Shown here: positions 12,434-26,186 of the stretch, in pieces
Position numbering within the stretch: position 1 is the first letter of the stretch
Layout: the number at the start of each line of letters is the position of its first letter
Assembly: GCF_018350175.1 (NCBI RefSeq)
Contig: NC_058368.1
Coordinates: forward strand, 59,150,001-59,214,000
Direction: 5' to 3'
DNA from: Felis catus
Lineage: Eukaryota
Length of the DNA stretch: 64,000 nucleotides
Program-made: the position numbers and the translations under genes
The notes under the pieces: generated by a model
The model's database searches: none
What the model saw: the letters and a program-made list of their open reading frames with translations, nothing else
What the model was told of the DNA's origin: nothing

Positions 12434-13269
12434 AAAATTACTCTAAGAATATAGTTAAAGTTCTAAGTGTAGTAACTCACTTCAATAATGCTTTCTCTCT
12501 GTTATTAGCCACCTGAAGTTGGAAATTTTTGTTAGATTGAGTCATGAGAGATATGCCTTAGGAATCTCTAAATGAACACAAACTAGCACACTTTTTAAAA
12601 ATTGATTTTATAATTTTAATTCATAGCACTGATGTAAAAATCAAATCTAAACCTCTCTGTATTAAGCAAAAAAATAAACATTAAGTTCTGTTTTTCAGTG
12701 TTAACTTTAAAATTATATTCACCAAAAAATGCTTTTTAATGTAGATTTGAAAAAAAAAAGTTTGGAGGAAAGGATGATGGTAGCAAGGGGTAGTTTAACA
12801 GGACAGCTGTGTTTTCTGCTGCTGCTTATTTTAAGCCAAAAATAAGCATGTTAAACATTGGCCTGTGGTAGTACACTGGTGATAAAGGGAACTGAGGCAT
12901 GTAAGACCTTATGCACATTCCCTTTTGAGTACAGCATCTCTCACCAACATATATCACAACCATCTTGAGAAAAGCTTTAAGTTGTAACATCTCAAATGTT
13001 ATTGGTCATTGTGAAATACTTAGTATGTGAAATCTATAAAAACAAAACCTGTACAATTATAAGTTATAATTCATAATAAATAACAAAAATTCTTAAGATA
13101 AAAGAGAATTAATTACCTTTACACATTTTCTGATGAGTCACCATTGAAACCATATTTATTTCCTCCCCAGGGATAATTGTATCCTGAAAATCCACTTAGC
13201 ATGATTATTTTCACTTTAAGGCCATTATCCTTTTCAGAGGACCACGTGGTGTTCAAAACTAAATACTGA

Positions 13270-13540
13270 GTAGAAAACACAATGAGATATCACTTAATAC
13301 CAACTAGGATGGCTATCATCGAAACAATGAAAAAAGCAATTGTTGGTGAGGGTGTAGAGAAACTGGAACCCTCACACGTTGCTGGTGGTGATATACAATG
13401 GTCCAGGTGCTGCAGAAAGTGCTTTTGTGTTTACTTAAAAATTTGCCTTATGACCTGGCAATCCCACTTCTAGATACATACCCCAAAGCATTGAAAACCA
13501 GGTATTCAAACAAATGCTTGTTTATGAATGTCTATGTCCG
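13270..13540 (+). mobile_element. Ancient L1M ORF2 C-terminal fragment
   Basis: Translations MRYHLIPTRMAII..GEGVEKLEPS and LPYDLAIPLLDTYPK. Confidence 0.8.
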
Positions 13541-13578
13541 TTTCCTTGTAAACACTCCACTTGATAATAAGCACAGTA

Positions 13579-14104
13579 CAGATGCTTCCCTACTTACTAT
13601 GGTTCCACTTATAATTTTTTGACTTTACAATGGTATGAAAACGATACATATTTGGCACAAAATGTACATGGAGATTTCAATTTGGATCTTTTCTAGGGCT
13701 AGCAATACAGAACCTGATACTCTCTCTCTCTGAATACTTTCTCTCCCCATGTTGGGCAGCAGCAGGAAACCAGAGCCCTGGGTAGCCACACAATCACAAA
13801 GGTAAACAACTTGTGTACTTACAACCAGTCTGTCTCCATGCAAACACTTCCTGGTTTTCACATTTAGTACACTATTCACTAAATTACATGAGGTATTCAA
13901 CACTTTGTTATAAATAGGCCTTGTGTCAGATGATTTTGCACAACTGTATGCTAATGTAAGTGTCCTGAGCACGTTTAAGGTAGGCTAGGCTAAACCATGG
14001 TGCTCAGTAAGTTCGGTGTATTAAATGTATTCTTGAATCAATGATATTTCAACTTATGATAGGTTTATTGGGTTGTAACTCCTTCATAAGCTGAGGAACA
14101 TCTG
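13579..14104 (-). mobile_element. TcMar-Tigger MITE (MER47/Tigger5-like)
   Basis: Terminal inverted repeats CAGATGCTTCCCTACTTACTATGG and (reverse complement) CAGATGTTCCTCAGCTTATGAAGG. TA precedes the left end. Internal TTTAAGGTAGGCTAGGCTAA is typical of the family. Confidence 0.8.
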
Positions 14105-14326
14105 TGAAGTCGATTTCAAAAATCCAACAAATGAATTCGGTGCTGTGCTATGCCCTCTGGGAGATTAAATCTATCACTGATATAAATAAATACAACCTGC
14201 TAAGGAACCTAAAGAGTTTTGTGTTACAATTTTTAGTGCACATGATTAAGTAGAAAGAATAAAAAGAGATACTTCTATACATATAGTTGGAGAAAACTGA
14301 TTCTACTTCTAATAATTAAAAAACTA

Positions 14327-14540
14327 GGGGTGTGTGAGTGGCTCAGTCAGTTAAGCATTTGACTTCAACTCAGGTCATGATCTCACGGTTCTTCAGTTCG
14401 AGCCCTGTGTCGGGCTTTGTGCTGATAACTCAGAGCCTGGAGCCTGCTTCGGATTCTGTGTCTTCCTCTCTCTTTCTGTCCCTCCCCCACTCAAGCTCTG
14501 TGTCTTTCTCTGCCTCAAAAATAAATAAACATTAAAAAAA
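14327..14540 (+). mobile_element. CAN-SINE
   Basis: Head, (CT)-rich tract, AATAAA tail. ACTAG on both flanks. Confidence 0.9.
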
Positions 14541-16079
14541 GACTAGAAAAATTCTTCAGAAAATAAAATAATTACTTTATAGTGAACTTTTAAAGAAACA
14601 AAATCAGTACCTAACATACATCTTTAAGAAAAGTATCTGTATTATCCTAGTTTACAGATGAACAAACAGGCACAAAGAGATAAAATATATTGTCTAAAGA
14701 AACATATTGGCAAAAGAAGGAAAAACAATTTGTACTTAGTATGGTTCCAGAATCAATATTCAATTTGGTTGCCTCTTACAAAGATTATAACAATATATTT
14801 GTAGAGTAATTATTAATATTTTGGCCAACATCAAGGAAAACAATGTCTGTTGACAGTTTATGTAGACATACAAAGATACTGATACATATATTGAAATTTG
14901 AAAAATTAAGAGAAAATTCATCAATGAAGACAAAATAATTTTATTTAAGTAAATTGGTCCTTTGTTAATAAATTTTGAATATTCTGTTCTGAAATAGAAA
15001 TGTAGACATTGCAATTGATTCAGTGGCAGCATGAGGGCATCCTAAGATCATGGATATATAGTCATTTAACCATCTATAGTTATCTTTGAATACAGTTTGC
15101 AGACATATTTCTTTTACTAATTCAGTATTGCTTTTAGAACAATATGTCTTTTTGCTGAGAGATAATTGAAACCCTTACTTCAAAATACCTATTTGTTTTT
15201 TTATAGAATACTTCTGATCATATAGATTTTTTGCTCTTCTACTTCTCCTAATTTGCCCTGCATTAGACTACTATTAATGCAATAGATACTACTGGAGTAT
15301 CTCTTTAGCCTTTCTATAAGGATGCTTGATTCAACTAAAGGGGTGCTTGCCTGGCATCTATGTTTCCTCTCTGTCTCTTCTTTTTACTTCTGAGAAAGTA
15401 GAGACACTTGATCTATGCTTGTGACTCAGGATTTCTGAACTCATAATTTAAACTGAGAAGTACAGAGACTAGGAGTTACAGATTTAGGTGCCTTAAAGAC
15501 TCTTTCTGACTCCTACATTACAAAGATGAAAATATTCTTGGAATTTGTTTAATATCCTAGAAGATTACTTTCTTCTTTTTTTAACATATGCTGAATGATT
15601 TGTTTTCTATTTATTAATTGAAAATAAATTTTGATTAATATGACACGAAGTCAGAGAACTTAGTGTATGTAAAAAGAAAAATAGCAACAACAGGGCCATC
15701 TGGTTCAAAGCCTTCTACGGTCTAACATTCCAAGTGTGGATCTATTTGGAGGTGAGAGTAAAAAAATTGAGTATTGAGATACTGAGACACTGAGTATTGA
15801 GTATGGAGATAGTAAAATTTGAGTATTGTTTTTTTTTCTTGTACAAGAAATTGTGTTCATTGTTGAAAAGTAAAGTACAGACAAATCCCCTGAGATATAA
15901 TCTCCCATTCAAAGTCATCATTGTCAACTTTATGGTGTTAATATTATCAGATTTTGTGAAATACATATAATATTTATTTGTACAACTACACATTTCTTTT
16001 TTAAAAATAGGATCATGTATTTTTTATAATTCTCACTTAATTATTGTAACATATTAACGTATTGTTAATGGGTACTTTC

Positions 16080-17510
16080 CAGAGAGCTTTGGTCCTCTCA
16101 GGGACAGTTTTCTGTGACAGAAAACCCCTTGTGTGAGGTCATTTATGAAGCACTGAGCGTATACTCCTGACAAAAATGTGACCCATGGGAGAAAGAGAAA
16201 CTGATCCAAGAGAATGTAAATAATTCTTATGGTCAGCCCTTCATCCTAAAACACTTACTTTCCTTGTGTGTTATACCAGATGAAAATTTAACAGAGGTTT
16301 TCATGACAATGTGGCAACAAATGACCCAGAGTAAGGAGGAGTCCTCAAAGATATTACTGTGTGATCCAATCCCAAGTCACCCAAAGGACACAAACCTCAA
16401 ACCCTGGTGAGAAAACAATATATTATAGCTGTTCACTCAAGGGATTCCCAAAACTGATACAATTATGTCAGTTATCTTGTTACCTCATATAAAGTTTTCC
16501 ATAGACAGAAAGCATCTAAAGTTGATTTGGTTGAGCAGTGAGCAGCCCGGTAACACTGGCTTCACATGAAAAAATGGCTATCCCTTTGGGGAAAACTTTA
16601 TACTACAGAAAGCAAAGCTGTTTAATCAAAGGATCCATTGATTCTCAGAAGTTCCCTAAATGCCTCTGTCTGATGCACTGCTAGTTTGCTTAAATTGAAA
16701 CCTGATTTTGTCCACTAGGCTGCTGTGGATATTTAACCTCAGGGGCCAGTTCTGTGGAATATGAAATGAATATGATCACTCTCGTCAGTGGACAGAACTC
16801 AAATCCATTTTCATAGCTTAAAACATTACTCCCTTGAAAAACTTGTTATCTTTTTACTGTTATCTTTTATCTTTTTACTTTTGGCTTGTAGATACTTTTT
16901 TAACTGTTTGGTCTGCCTCTTGGAAACCTACAGATTGCCTGGCAGATTAAAGTCACTTATGTTTGGGACCACAAACTGGAAAGAAATTGTGGCTGCTAAT
17001 ATAACCATCTGTGTTACTCTTATACATTCCCAAAACGAGAGCCCATTCTCTGATAGCATTAGTCAGAAGCTAAAGATTGAACCTATATTACTTAAATATC
17101 TACATTATTGTTTCAATCCACCATTGTATGAGACATAGAAACAGATCTACCATCATAGCTTGGACACACAAGAAAAGACTGCTTTTAACTAAGGATCTAC
17201 CATCACATTCAAGAACTGGAACTCCTGCCAGTTGACTTGTTTAAGAACTACATCTTCATCTGGTGCATTTGCTGCTACGTTATTATGATAATACCTAATT
17301 TTATATCTGGTTAATGTTTCTTAAGTTTTTCAACGTGTAGGGCTGACTGTAAGAGTTATTGAGATAATGCTAAATAATGTTCTCATTTTTCTGTGGGTCA
17401 CCATTTTTCAGAAGTATAGACAAATTCAGGAGCCCATATGGCATGGGATGTGGCCTCTGTCCACTAGGCAGATAAACTTCATCAGAACTTGACCCCTTTT
17501 TGAAGATTAT
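16080..17510 (+). mobile_element. Ancient ERV1-class internal region, left part: gag capsid and integrase relics
   Basis: 16120-16167 reads ENPLCEVIYEALSVYS (resembles the gamma-type capsid major homology region EnP..F.erL.EALr.Yt), then FILKH..IPD. The end of ORF 16788-17138, PFSDSISQKL..ILLKYLHYCFNP, resembles the integrase core. Heavily degraded. Confidence 0.55.
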
Positions 17511-18384
17511 TGATGTAGAACAATTTTTGTTGTTGTTGTTGTTGTTGTTATTTTATTTTAATTCCACTATGATTAACATCAGTGTTATGTTAGTTTCGGG
17601 TGTACAATATAGTGATTCAACACTACTATACATTACTCAGTGTTCTTCAAGATAAGTGCACTCCAAATCCCCTTCACCTATTCCACTCATTCCCCTTTGG
17701 TAACCATCAGTTTCTTCTTTATAGTTGAGTCTATTTTTCAGTTTGTCTCAATTTTTCTTTGTTTGTTTTGCCCTTCAAATTCCAAATACTAGTGAAATCA
17801 TATTTGTCTTTCTCTGACTTCTTTTATTTAACATTATGCTCTGTAGATCTGTCCATATTGTTGCAAATGGCAAATTTTCTTTCTTTTCTATGGTTGAGTG
17901 ATATTTAAATATACGTATATACCACTCTTTTATCCATTCAGCTATTGATGGACATTTAGCCTGCTTCCATAATTTGAATATTGTAAATAATGCTGCAGTA
18001 AACATAGGGGTGTATATATCATTTTGAATTAGTGTTTTCTTTCATATTCTTTGGATAAATGCCTAGTAGTGGAAATTCTGGATCAAGAGTAATCCTATTT
18101 TTAATTTTTTGAGAAGCCTTCATACTGTTTTACACAGTGGCTTCATCAGTTGGTATTCCCACCAAAGGTGAATGAGAATTTTCTTTTTCTCCACATCCTC
18201 GCCAACACTTGTTTCTTGTGTTTTTGATTTCAGTCATTCTGACAAGTGTGAGATAATATCTCATTATAGTTTTAATTTGCATTTCCCTGATGATGAATGT
18301 TGTTGAACATCTGTTCATGTAACTGTTGGCCATCTCTATATATTCTTTGGAGAAATGTCTATTCACATCTCATTTTTGATTGGA

Positions 18385-18386
18385 GT

Positions 18387-18434
<48 letters not shown>
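18385..18434. repeat. (TG)n microsatellite
   Basis: Direct reading. Confidence 0.95.
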
Positions 18435-18435
<1 letters not shown>

Positions 18436-19087
18436 GAGTTGCATAAATTCCTTATATATTTTGGATACTAACCTTTATTAGATATGTCATTTGCAAATAT
18501 CTTCTTCTATTCAGTAGGTTGTCTTTTAGTTTTATTGTTTCCTTTGCTGTGCAGAAGATTTTTATTTTGATGTAATCCCAAAAGTTTACTTTTACTTTTA
18601 CTTTTATTTCTCTTGCCTTTGGAGGCATATCAAGAAAAAAATGTTGCTATGGCCAAAGTCAGAGAAGTTGCTCTCTTCTAGGATTTTTATTTTTTGAGGT
18701 CTCACATTTTGAGTTTGTTTTTGTGTGTGGTATAAAAAAGTGATCTAGTACCATTCTTTTGCATATACTTGTCCAATTTTCCCAACACCATTTATTGAAG
18801 AGACCCATTCCATATTCTTGACTCTTTGGTTGAAGATTAATTGAGCATATAATAGTTAGTATATTTCTGGGCTTTCTATTCTGTCACATTGATCTATGTG
18901 TCTATTTTTGTGCCAATACCATGCTGTTGTGATTACTACAACTTTGTAGTATGTCGTTAAATCCTGGATTGCAACACCTCCACTTTTGTTCTTTTTCAAG
19001 ATTAATTTGCCTATTTGGGGTCTTTTGTGTATCTGTACAAATTTTATGATTATTTTCTCTAGTTCTTTCAAAGATGCTGTTTTGGTA

Positions 19088-20199
19088 AATAATCCAGTGA
19101 AGAAATGAGCGATAGACATGAATAGACACTTCTCCAAAGAAGACATCCAGATGGCCAACCGACACATGAAAAATGCTCAACATCACTCATCATCAGGGAA
19201 ATACAAATCAAAACCACAATGAGATACCACCTTACACCTGTCAGAATGGCCAGCATTAACAACTCAGGCAACAACAGATGTTGGAGAGGATGCAGAGAAA
19301 GAGGATCTCTTTTGCATTGCTGGTAGGAATGCAAGCTGGTGCAGCCACTCTGGAAAACAGTATGGAGTTTCCTCAAAAAACTAAAAATAGAACTACCCTA
19401 TGACCCAGTAATTGCACTACTAGGCACTTAACCACAGGATATGGGTGTGCTGTTTCGAAGGAACACACGCACCCCTATGTTTGTAGCAGCACTATCAACA
19501 ATCGCCAAAGTATGGGAAGAACCCAAATTTCCATCGATGGATGAATGGATAAAGAAGATATGGTATATATATACAATGGAGTGTGACTCAGCAATCAAAA
19601 AGAATGAAATCTTGCCATTTGCAACTATGTGGATGGAACTGGAGGGTATTATGCTAAGTGAAATTAATCAGTCAGAGAAAGACAAAAATCATATGACTTC
19701 ATTCATATGAGGACTTTAAGAAACAAAACAGATGAACGTAAGGGAAGGGAAACAAAAATAATATAAAAACAAGGAGGGGGACAAAACAGAAGAGACTCAT
19801 AAATATCAAGAACAAACTGAGGGTTGCCGGAGGGGATGTGGGAGGGGGATGGGCTAAATGGGTAAGGGGCATTAGGGAATCTACTCATGAAATCATTGTT
19901 TCACTATATGCTAACTAATTTGTATGTAAATTTTAAAAAATTAAAAATTAAAAAAATTTTGGGGCACCTGGGTGGCTCAGTTGGTTAAGTGCCCAACTTC
20001 AACTCAGGTCACGATCTCGTGGTCTGTGAGTTCGAGCCCTGCGCGGGGCTGTGGGCTGATGGCTCAGAGCCTGGAGCCTGCTTCAGATTCTGTGTCTCCC
20101 TCTCTCTCTGCCCCTCCCCCATTCATGCTCTGTCTCTCTCTCTCAAAAATAAATAAACGTTAAAAAAATTTAAAAAAATAAAAATAAAAAAAATTTTAA
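19088..20199 (+). mobile_element. 5'-truncated L1 (ORF2 C-terminus, 3'UTR, tail containing a SINE) inserted antisense into the older L1
   Basis: Perfect 18-bp TSD AAAGATGCTGTTTTGGTA at 19070-19087 and 20200-20217. ORF 19441-19710 matches the ORF2p C-terminus. Confidence 0.95.
19961..20180 (+). mobile_element. CAN-SINE in the poly(A) tail of the nested L1
   Basis: GGGGCACCTGGGTGGCTCAG head. A-rich ...AAAAAAATTTT repeat on both sides. Confidence 0.92.
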
Positions 20200-20965
20200 A
20201 AAGATGCTGTTTTGGTAGGGATTTTGTATTTTGATAGGGATTGCATTAAATCTCTAGACTGTGTTGGATACTATGGATATTTTAGCAATATTTGTTCTTC
20301 TAACCCATGAGCATGGAATATCTTTCCATTTGTTTGTATAATCTTCCATTTCTATCTCAATGTTTTATCATTTTTAGAGTCCAGATCTTTCACATCCATA
20401 GCTAAATTTATTCCTGGGTATTTTATTATTTTTGATGCAGTTGTAAATGATGTTGTTTTTTAAATTTCTCTTTCTGTGACTGTTGTTAGTGTATAGAACC
20501 ACCACAGATTTCTGGGTATTAATTTTGTATCCTGTGACTTTACTGAATTCATTTATCAGTTCTAGTAGTTTTTTTTTTTTTTGTGGAGTTATTAGGGTTT
20601 TCTCTCTAAGGTGTCATGTCATCTGCGAATAGTGAAAGTTTTACTTATTTACCAATTTGGATGCCTTTTATTTATTTCTCTTGTTTATTTGCTGCAGCTA
20701 GGACTTCCAGTGCTATGTTAAATAAAAGTGGTGAGAGTAGACATCCTTGTCTTTTCTTGATCTGTGGGGAAAATTTCTCAGTTTTTAAGCATTGAAGATG
20801 ATGATGTTAGCCGTATGTTTTTCATATGTGGTCTTTACAATGTTGAAGTATGTTCCTTCTAAACCTATTTCGTTGAGGGTTTTTATCATGAATGGATGTT
20901 ATACTTTGTCAAATACTTTTTCTGCATCTATTGAAATTATCATAGGGTTTTTATCCTTTCTCTTG

Positions 20966-21021
20966 CTTTTTAATTTTTTTTTAATTTAAAAGTTTTTTAA
21001 TGTTTTATTTTTATTTTTATT

Positions 21022-21060
<39 letters not shown>

Positions 21061-21435
21061 ACGAGTGGGGGAGACAAAGACAGAATCTGAAGCAGGCTCC
21101 AGTCTCCAGGCTGTCAGCACAGAGCCCGACACTGGGCTCAAACCCACCAACCATGAGATCATGACCTGAGCCAAAGTCAGCTGCTCAACCAACTGAGCCA
21201 CCCAGGTGCCCCTATTTTTTTTTTTTTTAGTTGAGAGAGAGAGAGAGAGAGTGAGAGAGAACACACACGAGGTGGGGAAAGGGCTAGAGGGAGAGAGAGA
21301 GAACGAATTTTAAGCAGCCTCCATGCTCAGTGTGGATCCTCATGCAGGACTTGATCCCATGACCCCAGGATTATGATCTGCGCTGAAATCAAGAGACAAA
21401 TAAATATTCAACCAACTGAGTCACCTAGGCGCCCC
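20966..21435 (-). mobile_element. Two head-to-tail CAN-SINEs within one TSD
   Basis: Monomers at about 20990-21212 and 21214-21435. TSD TATCCTTTCTCTTG 20952-20965 and TATCTTTTCTCTTG 21436-21449. Confidence 0.88.
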
Positions 21436-22024
21436 TATCTTTTCTCTTGTTGACATGATGTATCATGCTAATTTATTTGTGGATATTGAACGACACTTGT
21501 ATCCCAGGAATAAATCCCACTTGATCATAATGAATTTTTTTAATGTATTGTCAGATTTTGTTTGCTAATATTTTGTTGAGGATTTTTGCATCTATGTGTA
21601 TCAGAGATATTGGCCTATAGGTCTCTTATGTTTTAGTGTTTTTATCCGGTTTTGGTATCAAAGTAATGCTAGCCTCATAGAATGAATTTGGAAGATTTCT
21701 TTTATCTTCTACTTTTTGGAAAACTTTGAGAATAATAGGTATTAACTCTTTTTTAAATGTCTGGTAGAATTTATCTGTGAAACTCTCTGATCCTGGATTT
21801 TCGTTTCTTGGTAGCTTTTGGATTACTGATTCAATTTCATTGCTGGTTATAAGTCTGTTTAAATTTCTATTTCTTCCTGCTTCAGTTTTGTGAGGTTATA
21901 TGTTTTTAGAAATTCATGCATTTATTCTATTGTTACCATATAATTTTTCATAATATTCTTATAATCTTTTGAATTTCTGTGGTGTTGCTTATTATTTCTC
22001 CTCTTTCATTTCTGATTTTGTTTG

Positions 22025-22029
<5 letters not shown>

Positions 22030-22072
<43 letters not shown>
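22030..22072. repeat. (CT)n microsatellite
   Basis: Direct reading. Confidence 0.95.
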
Positions 22073-22077
<5 letters not shown>

Positions 22078-23662
22078 TCTTTTGATGAGTCTGGCTAAAA
22101 GTTTATCAATTTTGTTGATCTTTTCAAAGAACAAGCTCCTGGTTCTATTGATCTATTCTATTGCTTTTGTGTGTGTGTGTGTGTGTTTCTATTTTGTTTA
22201 TTTCTACTCTAGACTTTATTATTTCTTTCCTTCTACTGGTTTGAGGTTTTGTTTGTTCTTTTTTACTAGTTCTTTGAGGTGTAAGATTAGGTTGTTTATT
22301 TGGGATTTTTTTTGTTTCTTGACATTGGCTTGTATTGCTATCAAATTCCTTCTTAGAACAGCTTTTGCTGCATCCCAGAGATTTTGGACCATTGTGTGTT
22401 CATTTTCATTGGTCTCCATGTATTTTTTTAATTCATCTTTGATTTTATGGTTGACACATTCATTGTTTATTACTGTGTTATTTAACTTTCATGCATTTGT
22501 GTTCTTCCCAGAATTTTTTATTGTGGTTGATTTCTAGTTTCATAGCATTGTGATTGGAAAAGATGTATGATGTGACTTCAATTTTTTTTAATTTATTAAT
22601 ATTTGTTTTGTGACCATAACTTGATTTATTCTGGAGAATGTTCCATGTGCACTTGAAACTAATGTTTATTCTGCTGTTTTAGGATTGAATGTTCTGAATA
22701 TGTCAGATCCATCTCATCCAATGTGTCATTCAAGGCAACGCTTTCTTTGTTGACTTTATGTTTGGATGATCTATCCATTCATGTAAATACACTATTATTG
22801 TATTACTGTTGATTACATCCTTTATGTCTGTTATTAGCTGTTTTATGTATCTGGATGCTTTCATTTTGGGTTCATAAATATTACAATTACTATATCTTCT
22901 TGTTGGATTATTCCACATATGATTATATAACATCCTTGTTTGTCTCTTTTTTAGTCTTTGTTTTCAAGTCTGTTTTGTTTAATATAGGTATTGCTACCCC
23001 AGCTTTATTTTCACTTCCATTTGCATGATAGATTCTTTTCTATCCCTTAGCTTTCAATCTGCATGTCTTTAGGTCTGAAATGAGTCTCTTGTAAGCAGTA
23101 TATAGAAGGGTCCTGCTTTTTTATCCATTCTGACACTCTAAGTGTTTTGTTTGGAGCACTTAGTTGATTTACATTAAAAGTAATTATTGGTAGTTTACTT
23201 GTTTTATGGATTTTTTTAGTTCATCTCTGTTCTTTTTTTCTCTTTCTTCTCTCACAGTTTTCTGGCTTTCTTTAATGATATGCTTTGATTCATTTTTCTT
23301 CATTTTTTGCATATCTATTAGTATTTTTGATTTATGGTTGTCATTAAATATATAAAGCTTTATATAAAACATCATATGCATATAGCAGTCTATATTAAGT
23401 GATGGTTACTTATGTTTTAATCCATTCTTTACTGCTCTACTGCCCACATTTTAGGTATATGGTGTCATACTACATCTTTTAATTTGTGAATTCCATGGCT
23501 GATTATTTCAGAAATACTTATTTTTGCTGCTTTTGTACTTTCTACTTTTCTTACTCCTACTTATGGTCTTTCCTTTCCACACGGAGAGTCCCCTTTAACA
23601 TTTCTTGTAGGACCAGTTTAATTGTCATAAATTCCTTTAACTTTTGTTTTTCTGGGAAACCC

Positions 23663-23870
23663 TTTTTTTAAAAGTTTTTAATTATTTTGAGGGGGGAGGG
23701 AAGTGTGATCAGGGGAGGGGCAGAAAGAGAGAGAAACAGAAAATTCCAAGCAGTCTCCACACTGTCAGCATGGAGACTAGCGTGGGACTTGAACTCACAA
23801 ACCATGATATCATAACCTGAGCTGAAATCAAGAGTCAGATGCTCAACTGACTGAATCACCCAGGCACCTG
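23663..23870 (-). mobile_element. CAN-SINE in the old L1 ORF1 region
   Basis: TSD TCTGGGAAAC at 23651-23660 and 23872-23881. Confidence 0.9.
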
Positions 23871-26186
23871 GTCTGGGAAACTCTTTATCTCTCCTATTCT
23901 GAATGATAGCCTTGTATATAGAGACTGCAGAATTTTTTTTTCCTTTTAGCACTTTGAATATATCATGGCTATATGAGGCCTGCAAAGTTTCTGCTGAAAA
24001 ATCAACTGATAATCTGATGGAATTTTCCTTGTATAAAACTGTATTTCTTTCTTTCCTTCTCTTGCTGCTTTTAAAATTTTCTCTTTATCACTACTTTTTG
24101 CCATTTTAATTACAGTGCGTCTTGGTGTGACCTCTTGGGGTTGATTTTGTTACAGGCTCTTTATGTCTTCTGGATCTGAATTTTAATTTCCTTCTCCAGA
24201 TTTAGGAAGTTTTCAGCTATTATTTCTTTAAATAAGTTTTCTTCCCCCTTTTCTCTCTTTTCTCCTTCTGGGATCTCTATAGTGTGAATGTTATTACACT
24301 TGATTGTGTCCCAAAGCACACTAAGTTTATTTTCATTTTTTATTGTTTTTTCTCTCTCCCATTCATCTTGATTGCTTTTCATTACTCTGTCCTCCAGGTC
24401 ACTGATCTAGTTATCTGATTCCTCTACTCTACTATTATTACATCTAAAGTATTTTATATTGAATTATTGTTCTTTAACTCTGGCTCTTTTTCATGTTTGC
24501 TATCTCTTTGTTGAGAGTCTCACTGAAGTCGTACACTCTTTTCTCAAGTCTGATGTGTATCTTTATGACCATTGCTTTAAATTCTCTATCAGGCCTATTA
24601 TCTCCATTTCATTTAGCTCTCTTGTGATTTTGTTCTGCTCTTTCATTTGGAACATACCCCTCTGTATCCTCATTTCGTGAGGACTTGCTGTGTCTGTTTC
24701 TACGTGTTAGAAAAATCAGTTATTCCTGCTCTTGAAAGTAGTGGTCTTATGAAGTAGTGGTCCTGTGGTGCCTTACAGTGTAGTGTCCCCCATTCATCAC
24801 AACTTTGTGTTTCAGGGATGTCTCCTATTTGTGTTATGCACACCCTATTGTTGTGGCTGAGCTGCTTTTGTTTTCAGTCCAGTCATCTGCAATAATTCTC
24901 TTCACTTGTTGTGGTCAGGGTTTGGTCTCTGTGTGGTTAGTGGGTCAGTCTAGGGCCACCTTGGGCTTCAGTAAAGTCAGACGAGATGTTTTCCAGAGAT
25001 GCAGTAGCACAGAACTGTAGGACACTTTTCCTGAGAGGTTTTTGTTAATAGGTGAGGCCTGCTGTTAGACCATATGACTGCCACTGGTGTGTGTAGTTAT
25101 CTTCCCCTCTCCCTGGGATAGGAGTTACTCTGGAGTGGTTCTGGTCCCTGTTGGGGCCACTCTCACATTGCCAGGCTTGTGGCATAGCTTTGGATAGGTT
25201 CCAGCGAAGGCATATCGAAGGAGGCAGGTCTGCAGGAGAATTTAGGGGTGGTGTTAGCAAGGTTTGCTCAAGTCTGCTGTGGGAGGGGACCTAAAGCTGC
25301 ATTAGAAAACTCTTGTAGCAGTGCTGGAGGGAATCAGTCTGCAGGAGAATGCAAAGGTGGGACACATGGTTCCATCAAGGTCCATGTAGGTTTGCTACTT
25401 AAGGAGACCTGGAACTGAGGCTTGGCTGGAGGAGTCATGTCCATAGGAGAACATGGAGGCGAAGCTCACTGTTGGCAAATTAGGTAGCTCATGTTGTGTT
25501 TGTTCCAGCAGGTGTTAGTGTGTCTAGGCTGGGGATTGGGGAAGATAAATGGTGCCCACCAGCTCTTTTGTTATTGCAGACATCTCCCCATGATTCCTGC
25601 CGCTCCAATACAGGCTCTGAGATTAGTAAAGAAATCTTCCTCCGATATATCCCAGGTGTTTTTCAAACTCCTGCTTCTATGCCGTATCTCCATGGGACTG
25701 TTTGTTGTGCTGTTTCCTTAAGGGCAGGGACTCAGTTTCTTATCATCCTCCTGATTCTCCCAGACCAGGGCCCACTGAATTTTAAAGTGCCAGGTGTTAA
25801 GCCCCGCTGACTATAAGAACTCATGAAATTTGGCCCCTCTGCTTTTCAAAATCAGATATTATGTGGATTTATCTTCCCTCTGCAGGCTCCCTGTGCCTGA
25901 GGTGCTTGATGTGAGGGTCTGTTTCTCTCCCCTCTGCACATGGCATCCGTTCCTCCTGAGGACAGTCCTGCATGTTCACTTAACTCTGAACTGCTTCTCT
26001 AACCTTTCTACCCTCTTCAATATGGCCTCTTTTCTATATTTTTCTGAGGATAGTCTGTTTTGCCAGTTTGGGGGATATTTTCTAGTTTATTTACACTGAT
26101 GTGGATGTCCTCTAGTTGTATCCCTGTGTCAAGGTAATCTTAGTATCTTCCTATTCTGCCATCATCCCCTGATGTAGACCTATTTT

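Larger units (their letters stand above)
17528..26169 (-). mobile_element. Older full-length carnivore LINE-1, degraded, with nested insertions
   Basis: Degenerate TSD TGATGTAGAACAATTTT (17511-17527) vs TGATGTAGACCTATTTT (26170-26186). T/(GTT)n tail. ORF2 fragments in the track (e.g. 18130-18366, 22219-22419), ORF1 fragment 24161-24382 (IPEGEKREKG..IIAENF), 5'UTR about 24640-26169. Confidence 0.9.

Noticed and set aside
15755..15830. Degenerate TGAGTAT tandem repeat
   Set aside because: Short local slippage or duplication with no repeat-spacer organisation.
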